A DNA stretch of 32,361 nucleotides from an uncultured Pseudomonadota bacterium (lineage in GTDB: Bacteria > UBA10199 > JADFYH01). The position numbers and the translations under genes are program-made. Positions 8,763-16,540 of this stretch are shown one piece after another. The notes under the pieces were generated by a model that saw nothing but the letters and a program-made list of their open reading frames with translations, searched no databases and was not told the origin of the DNA. Position 1 is the stretch's first letter. Every line of letters starts with the position of its first letter. The DNA lies in assembly GCA_964457215.1 (NCBI GenBank), contig CAYWGE010000003.1, positions 1 through 32,361 on the forward strand, read 5' to 3'.

Positions 8763-9578
8763 TTAGATCCCGATCATTTCCCTAAACTTACCTTTTAAAT
8801 CTGCATGGCGTAGTAAATGCTCTCCAATTAAAAAGCCTTTTACGCCAGTTTTTTTCATTCTGACAAGATCCTTATGCGTTTTGAGTCCGGACTCAGAAAT
8901 AACCAGAGTATTGGGAGGCACAAAATTCATGAGTTGCTCGGTAGTGCCCAGATCCGTCACCAAAGTTTTTAAATTACGATTATTAATCCCCAAAAAAGAA
9001 AGAGGATTTTTAGGGATAAGATTTAATGCGATATCTAATTCTGTTTTGTCATGCACCTCTACCAAGCTTGCCATGCCTAATTCTGCTGCAAGCCCTATAA
9101 AATCCTCTAATTTGCTTTTTTCAAGGATCGCGACAATGGCCAAAATACAATCGGCTCCCACTGCTCTCGCTTCATAAATTTGATAAGGATCAATCGTAAA
9201 ATCTTTTCGAAGGATGGGCCTGTGGCTGATGGCTCGCACTGCTTCTAAATCTGCAAGGGAGCCTTGAAAATAAACCGAATCGGTGAGCACCGAAAGGGCA
9301 GCCGCTCCCGCGTTTAAATAATCTTCTGCGATTTTCTTGGGATCATATTTTGCGCGGATGAGCCCCCCAGAAGGAGACGCTTTTTTGACCTCTGCAATCA
9401 CGCGCAGTTCAGGGAGATTGGTAACTTTTTTCAAATCAAAAACATCTAAAACAGAAAGCGCCGGAGGGGCATCTTGAGCACGACTGCGAATATCTTTCAG
9501 CGGAGATTTCGATTTCGCGTGAGAGACTTCTTCTTTTTTAGTGGCGACAATTTTATCGAGGATATGGGGCTTTGACAT
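8763..9578 (-). CDS. trpC: Indole-3-glycerol phosphate synthase
   Basis: IAEVKKASPSGGLI, LSVLTD..YFQGS, and GINNRNLKT are typical of IGPS. The stop abuts the trpF start. Confidence 0.95.
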   Translation of the reverse strand: MSKPHILDKIVATKKEEVSHAKSKSPLKDIRSRAQDAPPALSVLDVFDLKKVTNLPELRVIAEVKKASPSGGLIRAKYDPKKIAEDYLNAGAAALSVLTDSVYFQGSLADLEAVRAISHRPILRKDFTIDPYQIYEARAVGADCILAIVAILEKSKLEDFIGLAAELGMASLVEVHDKTELDIALNLIPKNPLSFLGINNRNLKTLVTDLGTTEQLMNFVPPNTLVISESGLKTHKDLVRMKKTGVKGFLIGEHLLRHADLKGKFREMIGI

Positions 9579-9585
9579 AAAATTA

Positions 9586-10593
9586 TTAATGAGCGAGAGA
9601 AAAGTCTCTCAATTTTTGTAAAACTTCATACGCTTTACCGGAATTCACAGAATGCTCTGCTCGTGCATACGATTCTTGAAGAGAAAAATTAGAATGAATT
9701 CTCAAAACCGCTGCTGCATTCAATAAGGCAACGTCTCTCCGAGCCCCCTTCTCTTTTCCACGTAAAATAGATTCAATAAGTTGAGCGTTTTTTAAGGCAT
9801 CTCCCCCCAACAAATCCTCCACACGACAAGGATTCAATTTTAAATCGGACGCCTCAAAGGTTTTTTCTTCAATTCCTTTTGGACTCACTTCGTGAATCCA
9901 ATTTTTCCCGGTTAAGGAAAACTCATCTAGACCTTGTTCATTATAAACCACCCAGTAATGCCGAACTTTTTCTTCGAATAAAACCTGGCTCAAAAGAGCG
10001 AGATCTTTTTTACTACTCACGCCCACCAAACCTTTAGACGTATGCGCAGGATTCGCAAGAGGCCCTAGTAAATTAAAAATTGTTTTGACCCCTAACTCTT
10101 TCCGAAGTTTTGCGACTTGTTTCAAAATAGGATGATAAAGAGGAGCAAACAAAAAGACAAAATTCGTTTCTTGAAAACATTTTTGAGCTATATCGGGAGA
10201 AAAATCTACTTTTATACCTAAGGCCTCTAAAACATCTGCACTACCACATTGAGAACTTGCCGCACGGTTTCCGTGTTTTATAATAGGGATACCTGCTCCT
10301 GCCGCAATCAATGCGGCACAAGTTGAAATGTTAAAAGTCCCTGCGCCATCGCCTCCGGTCCCACAAATATCAAGACCTTCCGCACCGGATATAAAGGGGA
10401 TTTCATGGATACGCAAGACCTGTAACAATGCTCGGATATCTTCCGACAAAACTCCTTGAGTATTTAAATGGAGTAAGAATTTCTTAGATTCTTCGGGATC
10501 AAACGAGGCAGAGATTAAGGCTTCAAAACATTCTTTTCGTTCGGCGAAGGAAGGACTTTTATTCTTAAGAATTTTTGCCAAAGAAGAGTTCAT
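9586..10593 (-). CDS. trpD: Anthranilate phosphoribosyltransferase
   Basis: DICGTGGDGAGTFNIST and KHGNRAASSQCGSADVLEALG motifs. Confidence 0.95.
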   Translation of the reverse strand: MNSSLAKILKNKSPSFAERKECFEALISASFDPEESKKFLLHLNTQGVLSEDIRALLQVLRIHEIPFISGAEGLDICGTGGDGAGTFNISTCAALIAAGAGIPIIKHGNRAASSQCGSADVLEALGIKVDFSPDIAQKCFQETNFVFLFAPLYHPILKQVAKLRKELGVKTIFNLLGPLANPAHTSKGLVGVSSKKDLALLSQVLFEEKVRHYWVVYNEQGLDEFSLTGKNWIHEVSPKGIEEKTFEASDLKLNPCRVEDLLGGDALKNAQLIESILRGKEKGARRDVALLNAAAVLRIHSNFSLQESYARAEHSVNSGKAYEVLQKLRDFSLAH

Positions 10594-10595
10594 AC

Positions 10596-11159
10596 TTAGA
10601 TTTCAAGAAAATTTTGCAGTAGTTTTTTTCCTTCGAGGGTTAAAATCGACTCAGGATGGAACTGCACCCCTTCTACTGCATATTGCTTGTGCCGCACTCC
10701 CATAATTTCATTATTACTAGTCTTAGCGCTCACTTCTAAACAGGCCGGAAGTGAGGATGGTTCAATGATTAGAGAATGATAGCGTGTAGCTACAAAAGGA
10801 TTCGACACTCCCTGAAAAATCGTTTTGCCATCGTGAAAAATCTCAGAAGTTTTGCCGTGCATGATCTGCGGTGCCCGTACAATTTTTCCTCCAAACGCTT
10901 GCCCGATCGCCTGATGGCCTAAGCAAACTCCCAAAATAGGAATTTGCCCGGCAAACTGTTTTACAAGCTCCAATGAGATTCCTGCCTCGTTGGGAGTGCA
11001 GGGCCCCGGAGAAATCACTAAACGTGTAGGTTGGAGAGCTTGAATTCCTTTTAAGTCAATCTGATCATTGCGAAAAACTCGCACTTCTTCGCCCAACTCT
11101 CCAAAATATTGGACAAGATTATAAGTAAAAGAATCGTAATTATCGATTAAAAGTAACAT
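10596..11159 (-). CDS. trpG: Anthranilate synthase component II (glutamine amidotransferase)
   Basis: Class I GATase: [22 protein letters not shown] catalytic Cys, VQFHPES. Located between trpE and trpD. Confidence 0.9.
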   Translation of the reverse strand: MLLLIDNYDSFTYNLVQYFGELGEEVRVFRNDQIDLKGIQALQPTRLVISPGPCTPNEAGISLELVKQFAGQIPILGVCLGHQAIGQAFGGKIVRAPQIMHGKTSEIFHDGKTIFQGVSNPFVATRYHSLIIEPSSLPACLEVSAKTSNNEIMGVRHKQYAVEGVQFHPESILTLEGKKLLQNFLEI

Positions 11160-11162
11160 AAA

Positions 11163-12635
11163 TTAAACTTGCTTGATCGCTTCCATCACAGCCTTGGCCT
11201 TATTTTCACATTCTTGATATTCCGAGGAGGGAACCGAATCTTGAACAATCCCTGCACCCGCCTGCACCGCAATAAACTTTTTACCTAAGGCAACAGAACG
11301 AATCGTAATCGCCATATCCATATTGCCTGCAAAATCGATATACCCGACACACCCCCCGTAAGGCCCACGTTTGACGGGTTCGAGCTCTTCGATAATTTCC
11401 ATAGCGCGAATTTTGGGAGCTCCCGAGAGCGTGCCCGCCGGAAAAGTCGCTTTCAACAAATCAAAGGCATTATAGTTTTTTTGCAACTGCCCTTCCACAT
11501 TCGAAACCAAATGCATCACATGCGAATAGCGCTCAACCTTCATGAGTTCACTCACCTGAACAGAACCGGGCTCGCAAACTCTTCCTAAATCATTGCGCCC
11601 TAAGTCTACCAACATAATATGCTCCGCTCTCTCTTTAGGATCTGCCAACATTTCCTTGCTTAACGCTTCGTCCTTTTGAATATTTTCTCCTCTTTTTCGA
11701 GTGCCCGCAATAGGACGAACAGTGGCCTTACTTCCTTCCAAACGCACTAAAACTTCTGGGGAGGAGCCCACCAACGCTTCTTCTCCCATTTTTAAACAAA
11801 AAAGATAAGGAGAAGGATTTAATAGACGAAGTTTACGATAGAGCTCAAATGCATCTAATTTCCCTGGTGCCTCCCAACGCGTCGAAAGCACCACCTGAAA
11901 AATATCCCCTGCGCGGATATATTCTTGCGCACACAAAACCGCTTCTTGATATTTTTTGGAAGACATCGAACTTTTCCAACTCAGCGGTTTCGATGTTTTT
12001 TTCTTTTTTACAGACAATTTCAAAGGAGTTTGAACCTGCCGCAGCGTTTTTTTCAAATCGTTCACGGCTGCTTCATAAGTTTTTTTAAGAGAAACTCCCG
12101 CTTCTACACAAGCATTCACCACCACATAATAGCAGTGTTTTAAATTATCAAAAATGAGAAGGCGATCGTAAACGCCAAAACAAAAATCGGGAAAATCGAG
12201 CTTGGGCTTTTGGGAGCTCGGTAATCGCTCAAAATCTCCAACTAAATCATAAGCCAAATACCCAACGGCACCCCCGCAAAGCTTAGGCAATTCTTCATCT
12301 GCCACGAGCTTCACATCCTTGAGCTCTTCTTCTAAAATTTTAAGGGCCTGACCTTCTCCCGCTCTTGTCTTTTTTAAATGCAGTCCTTTGCGCTGAAATA
12401 GTTCCCATTTTCTTTCAGAGGAACGAAGCACCAAACGAGGACCAATACCTAAAAAAGTATACCGTCCCCAATGCTCTCCGCCCTCCACACTTTCAAATAA
12501 AAACAGATAGGGTTCTTTCGAGAATTTTAATAATGCCGCTACGGGCGTCATTAAATCGGCAGGAACTTTTTCAAATAATGAAATATAGTTTCCACGCTTT
12601 GCTAAATTTTGAAATTCTTGGAAAGAAATGGGCAT
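11163..12635 (-). CDS. trpE: Anthranilate synthase component I
   Basis: Chorismate-binding signature (FPAGTLSGAPKIRAMEIIEELE, RGPYGGCVGY). Start trimmed to ATG 12635 (MPISFQEF...). The track extension to 12680 runs into the repeat element. Confidence 0.93.
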   Translation of the reverse strand: MPISFQEFQNLAKRGNYISLFEKVPADLMTPVAALLKFSKEPYLFLFESVEGGEHWGRYTFLGIGPRLVLRSSERKWELFQRKGLHLKKTRAGEGQALKILEEELKDVKLVADEELPKLCGGAVGYLAYDLVGDFERLPSSQKPKLDFPDFCFGVYDRLLIFDNLKHCYYVVVNACVEAGVSLKKTYEAAVNDLKKTLRQVQTPLKLSVKKKKTSKPLSWKSSMSSKKYQEAVLCAQEYIRAGDIFQVVLSTRWEAPGKLDAFELYRKLRLLNPSPYLFCLKMGEEALVGSSPEVLVRLEGSKATVRPIAGTRKRGENIQKDEALSKEMLADPKERAEHIMLVDLGRNDLGRVCEPGSVQVSELMKVERYSHVMHLVSNVEGQLQKNYNAFDLLKATFPAGTLSGAPKIRAMEIIEELEPVKRGPYGGCVGYIDFAGNMDMAITIRSVALGKKFIAVQAGAGIVQDSVPSSEYQECENKAKAVMEAIKQV

Positions 12636-12643
12636 GATAGTGA

Positions 12644-12784
12644 GTAGCGGGTCTGTGTTTTTGAAGCAAACACAAAGCAAGCCGAATAATCATTATTTTG
12701 AAAACAGCAATTTTTTGAATCCTCTATAAAACATTGTTGTTTACGGCGAATTTTGTGTGCGCTAAAAAAATACAGACCTGCTAC
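12644..12784. repeat. Hairpin element A (141 nt), homologous to element B
   Basis: The outer arms GTAGCGGGTCTGTGTTTTT (12644-12662) and AAAAATACAGACCTGCTAC (12766-12784) pair with two G-T wobbles when read on the plus strand. Inner stem: ACACAAAG (12670-12677) with TTTTGTGT (12751-12758). It shares the 15-nt core ATTTTGAAAACAGCA (12695-12709) and TTACGGC (12741-12747) with element B. Confidence 0.7.
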
Positions 12785-12789
12785 ATTAT

Positions 12790-13137
12790 TTAGGAGGATA
12801 ACTTTTGAATAAACTCACAACCCGAAATGGATTGAGCTTTCTTTAAATCCTCACAACCTGCTTTTTCGATGTTTTGAAGACAATTTTTTAAAGCCGCATC
12901 ATCTAACTGAACTTTAGAATCCTTCGGAAGCCGATCATTACTTCCTTGAAATAAATCATTCATCTCTTTGGCGCATTGATTCTGAGGTATTTTCTGACTT
13001 GCACACTCTTCCATCTTCTTACAAAAAACCTCCGAAGTTTTGCTCGACACTTCTTTAAAAGGTAGGGGCTGAGCCGCGCTCACTAAGCCCGAAACAAAAA
13101 GTGAAACAATCATCAAAGAAATAGTTTTTATTTTCAT
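12790..13137 (-). CDS. Small secreted Cys-rich protein (115 aa)
   Basis: Signal peptide MKIKTISLMIVSLFVSGLVSAA. Six Cys in the mature part. AAGAGG SD ~5 nt upstream of the ATG. I recognise no family. Confidence 0.6.
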   Translation of the reverse strand: MKIKTISLMIVSLFVSGLVSAAQPLPFKEVSSKTSEVFCKKMEECASQKIPQNQCAKEMNDLFQGSNDRLPKDSKVQLDDAALKNCLQNIEKAGCEDLKKAQSISGCEFIQKLSS

Positions 13138-13182
13138 AAGAACCTCTTGATTAAAATCACTCTCCTTTAATTAATAATTATT

Positions 13183-13325
13183 TGTAGCAGGACCCCATTT
13201 CTGAAGAGAAGACAAAAGTGCCTAACTTATCTATTTTGAAAACAGCACTTTTTCGATCTCTTTAAAAAAATACTTTTCCTTACGGCATATTTTTGTCTGA
13301 ACGGAAGAAATGGGGTCCTGCTACA
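13183..13325. repeat. Hairpin element B (143 nt), homologous to element A
   Basis: Perfect 19-bp outer arms: TGTAGCAGGACCCCATTTC (13183-13201) and GAAATGGGGTCCTGCTACA (13307-13325). Inner stem: AGACAAAAG (13210-13218) with TTTTTGTCT (13290-13298). Same core ATTTTGAAAACAGCA (13233-13247) and TTACGGC (13280-13286), in the same orientation as element A. Confidence 0.7.
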
Positions 13326-13344
13326 ATCATTTTTAAACATAAAA

Positions 13345-14244
13345 TTATTCTGAGCTCAAGCCTTCAAATACACGGTAAGCGCACCCCATGACTCCCGCCC
13401 TATTTCCCAGCTTTGCCTTCTGAATTTTTACCCGCTTGGCAGTATGCGCATATAAATGATTTTTTATTGATTGGTGCATGCTTTGGTTAAAATAATTCCA
13501 AGCTCCTGAAAGGCCACCACCAATCAAAATAGTTTCAATATCTAAAGCATTGACGATACTAGCGACGCCCACACCTAAGGCTTCTCCAAACTTTTTCCAC
13601 TCTTGTAACGCGAACCTATCACCTTCTTTTGCGAGCTGATACATTTGCTCAGGATCTTTTTTGAAAACTTCAGAGGAAGCATATTTCTCTAAACAACCTT
13701 TTCCTCCGCAATTACAAGACTTCCCTTTTTTTTCAATGACCAGATGCCCTAACTCTCCTGCAAATCCAGAGTCACCCTGCCAAAGCTTTCTATTGAGAAT
13801 AATCCCTCCGCCGATTCCTGTACCCAAAGTGAGCAAAATAAAGTTTTTTTTGTTTTTTCCAGCTCCTTGCCAGAGCTCTCCCAATGCAGCGTGGTTTGCA
13901 TCATTATCGACCCAAATTGGAAATGCCAATTTCTGTTTGAGTTTTTTTAAAACGGGATAATTTTTCCAGGTTAAAAAATGGGGGGACTGCCGCACGATTC
14001 CATGCGGATGCTGCACAATTCCGGGAACTCCTAGACCTATCCCTGCGACTCTGTAGCCGTGGTCAGTAGCCCAAGCCTCCTCTTCTTTGAGATGAAAGAG
14101 AAGGTTTTCTAAAATAATCGAAGATTTTTTTTGCGAAAGCGAAGAGACTTGATGTTGATGGAGAATTTTTCCTGCGGAATTCACCACCGCACATTTTAGA
14201 TGAGTGCCTCCCACATCGATACCAATGGCCACTTGATTTTTCAT
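13345..14244 (-). CDS. ROK-family sugar kinase (glucokinase-like)
   Basis: VAIGIDVGGTHLKCAVV ATP-binding start, DNDANHAALGE, and the ROK Cys cluster CNCGGKGCLE. Start trimmed to ATG 14244, which overlaps (ATGA) the stop of the upstream Yip1-like gene. Confidence 0.85.
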   Translation of the reverse strand: MKNQVAIGIDVGGTHLKCAVVNSAGKILHQHQVSSLSQKKSSIILENLLFHLKEEEAWATDHGYRVAGIGLGVPGIVQHPHGIVRQSPHFLTWKNYPVLKKLKQKLAFPIWVDNDANHAALGELWQGAGKNKKNFILLTLGTGIGGGIILNRKLWQGDSGFAGELGHLVIEKKGKSCNCGGKGCLEKYASSEVFKKDPEQMYQLAKEGDRFALQEWKKFGEALGVGVASIVNALDIETILIGGGLSGAWNYFNQSMHQSIKNHLYAHTAKRVKIQKAKLGNRAGVMGCAYRVFEGLSSE

Positions 14245-14912
14245 TTCGAACTTAACCCAATTGCCATCAAAATTAAAGCGATTAGGCTCATCGCAAAAAA
14301 CAGTGTTAAACCGCATAGCAAGACAAAAGGGAGAAAAACCGTCGCTAAAGATTGTCCCAGACTTGCTTCCTGAACTTTTCGAAATCCAATAATAAGTAAA
14401 ACATATTGCCAAACCATCGCCGCTAACCCACCAAAGATAGGTACGAGTAAGAAAATCTGCGGACCTTGGGAATAGGCTACCACTCTAAAACTGGCTTCAA
14501 AACCTTTGCGGTCGCCCCCTAGCATCCACAAAAAAGCGTGGTAGACTCCCGCTTGAAAAAAAAGATGAATCAAACTAGCAAACGGCGCCACAATGACGCT
14601 GCCTGCTGCAATCAAGAAATAAAATCCCGTCGTTAATGCAAATTCGGGCATTGAATGATTAAACGCTAACCCAATGAAGCCAAACAAAGCTTGAAACATC
14701 AACTGATATAAAGTGCCCGCAATCAACCCGAGCGACATACAAATAAGCGCATAATAAAGGGGCCCTTCATAGCCTGCACAGACCGGAATACTTTCATAGA
14801 AACGCCCTGGCTCAAGCAAAGAAGTCCTTAAAGTTTTCCAAAAGGCCTTAAACCATCCTATTTCATTACGATTTTCCCACATTTTACGATAATCTCCTGA
14901 GATTGATTGCAT
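14241..14912 (-). CDS. Yip1-like multi-pass membrane protein
   Basis: 223 aa with about five hydrophobic segments after a short cytoplasmic N-terminus (WFKAFWKTLRTSLLEPGRFY). This resembles Yip1/DUF1282-type proteins. The family call is tentative. Confidence 0.6.
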   Translation of the reverse strand: MQSISGDYRKMWENRNEIGWFKAFWKTLRTSLLEPGRFYESIPVCAGYEGPLYYALICMSLGLIAGTLYQLMFQALFGFIGLAFNHSMPEFALTTGFYFLIAAGSVIVAPFASLIHLFFQAGVYHAFLWMLGGDRKGFEASFRVVAYSQGPQIFLLVPIFGGLAAMVWQYVLLIIGFRKVQEASLGQSLATVFLPFVLLCGLTLFFAMSLIALILMAIGLSSK

Positions 14913-14981
14913 TAAGAACTCTAATCATGGCAGAAAAATAGAGTATTTCAACTTTTAATGAGTACTGCGGATTTTGAAACC

Positions 14982-15734
14982 ATGAAACTTTTTTGGATCG
15001 AGCCTCAGCAAATACACGATAACGTAGCCACTTTAACCTCCAAAGATTCCTATCATCTGGCCCGTGTGCTTCGCTACCAAGAGGGAGATTGCCTAGAGCT
15101 GACCGATGGTAATGGCCATATATTTTCTGCTGAAATATCGAGCATTTCAAAAGATAAACTTCAAGTTATTGCAAAAGTTTTAAGTTCCCGCGAAGCAAAA
15201 GGGCTCCTCCTTCCTCAGCTTCATTTAGCTCCGGCTCTTTTCAAAGGGCCCCGAATGGATTGGATGATTGAAAAAGTCAGTGAATTGGGGGTTCATCAAA
15301 TCCATCCCATCTTAACCGAGCATTCTGTTATTAAAATTCATTCTCCTGCTGAAAACTTAAAAAAAGTGCAGCGCTGGCAATCACTCACCCAATCCGCCCT
15401 CAAACAATCAGGCCAAGGCTGGCTTCCTCAAATCGAATCGATTCTAAAATGGAACGATTTTTTGCAGCAGTGCTCATCTTATGCCGGGCCTAAATTACTT
15501 TTTACACCCGAAAGCAAAAAACCTTTTCCCGAATGGGAAAAAATACTTCTCGAATCAAAAGCGGATCGTTGGCTGGCCTGCATAGGACCCGAAGGAGGAT
15601 TCTCCCCCACCGAAATAAAAGCGGCTAAGCAAAATGGATTTATCACTTGTTCGCTGGGTCAATCCACGTTAAGAGCCGAAACAGCATCGATTGTTGCTTT
15701 AACTCTTTTAAATTCTCTCAAACAGAAAATATGA
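14982..15734 (+). CDS. rsmE: 16S rRNA (uracil1498-N3)-methyltransferase
   Basis: RsmE-like N-terminus (MKLFWIEP...SYHLARVLRY) and C-terminal IGPEGGFSPTE motif. An alternative ATG lies at 14958. Confidence 0.85.
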   Translation: MKLFWIEPQQIHDNVATLTSKDSYHLARVLRYQEGDCLELTDGNGHIFSAEISSISKDKLQVIAKVLSSREAKGLLLPQLHLAPALFKGPRMDWMIEKVSELGVHQIHPILTEHSVIKIHSPAENLKKVQRWQSLTQSALKQSGQGWLPQIESILKWNDFLQQCSSYAGPKLLFTPESKKPFPEWEKILLESKADRWLACIGPEGGFSPTEIKAAKQNGFITCSLGQSTLRAETASIVALTLLNSLKQKI

Positions 15735-16462
15735 CTTTAATCATTGCCCATCGTGGAGCAAGCCGTGTTGCTCCTGAAAATACTCTTTGTGCTTTTGAAA
15801 AAGCCCTTGAAATGGGGGCACACGGGATCGAACTCGATGTCCTTTGTTCAAAAGATGGTCACTTAGTTGTGACACACAACGAAACATTAATCGAATTCAC
15901 CGGAGTCAAAGAACGCGTTGAAAATTGCAATTTAGAAGAATTGAAAAGTTTGGATTTTGGTTCTCATTTCTCTTCTCAATTCCGTGGAGAAAAGCTCCCC
16001 ACTTTAGAAGAAGTATTTGACCTTGTGGGGAATAAGGCTTGGATAAATATCGAGATTAAAGGAAAAAAAATCTTAGACGAAGGCTGGGAGAAAAAACTCT
16101 TAGAACTTCTTCAAAAATGGGGACTCGGTGAAAAAATCGTTGTCTCCTCATTTAATATTTTTGCGCTCAAACGGCTCCAACAATTGGCCCCCGAAATTAA
16201 ACGCGGTTATCTCTATTACGAAAAACAAGATCCATTTTCTAAAAAAGCAGGCTTTGCGGGGTGGATTCAACCTTTTTCGCTGCATCCCTCCAAAGAGCTA
16301 ATTTTAGAAAACACCATCGACGAATATCATCAAAAAAGCTACCAGTGCTGGGCCTGGACCGTAAATGAAGAAACAGAGATGAAAAGCCTGATTGAGCGCA
16401 AAGTAAATGCCTTAATTACAGACGTGCCAGATCTTGCTCTAAAAGTCCTTTCCTCTAAATAA
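15731..16462 (+). CDS. Glycerophosphodiester phosphodiesterase (GDPD family)
   Basis: MTLIIAHRGAS..APENT...GIELDV are GDPD catalytic motifs. ATG 15731 overlaps the rsmE TGA (ATGA). No signal peptide, so the protein is probably cytoplasmic. Confidence 0.9.
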   Translation: MTLIIAHRGASRVAPENTLCAFEKALEMGAHGIELDVLCSKDGHLVVTHNETLIEFTGVKERVENCNLEELKSLDFGSHFSSQFRGEKLPTLEEVFDLVGNKAWINIEIKGKKILDEGWEKKLLELLQKWGLGEKIVVSSFNIFALKRLQQLAPEIKRGYLYYEKQDPFSKKAGFAGWIQPFSLHPSKELILENTIDEYHQKSYQCWAWTVNEETEMKSLIERKVNALITDVPDLALKVLSSK

Positions 16463-16540
16463 AGATGGTAAAACCAAGAACTTAGCTCTTAAAAAACATT
16501 TCTTCCCATCCCTTTCATTTACGGATATTCTATTGAAACC

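Noticed and set aside
12636-12790. Classical trp operon control upstream of trpE: leader peptide with tandem Trp codons, T-box, or TRAP (G/U)AG repeats
   Set aside because: Short ORFs in the leader (for example MFYRGFKKLLFSK) contain no Trp codons. No T-box sequence and no triplet-repeat array with 2-3-nt spacers is present. The region is instead filled by hairpin element A.
12791-12840. AGGAGG followed by a TTG-initiated 13-codon plus-strand ORF just after element A
   Set aside because: The AGGAGG is the reverse complement of the last codons (KLSS) of the 115-aa minus-strand gene. The ORF is tiny and starts with TTG, so it is most likely coincidental.
7551-13960. Antisense ORFs inside the trp genes and the ROK kinase gene (7551..7874, 8180..8407, 8881..9177, 11849..12088, 11925..12143, 12365..12637, 13661..13960)
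   Set aside because: Each is opposite a confidently identified enzyme gene. These are typical shadow ORFs with skewed, Ser/Pro/Phe-rich composition.
14884-15150. 88-aa minus-strand ORF
   Set aside because: It is antisense to the rsmE 5' region and overlaps the Yip1-like gene start. It has no SD and no recognisable features.
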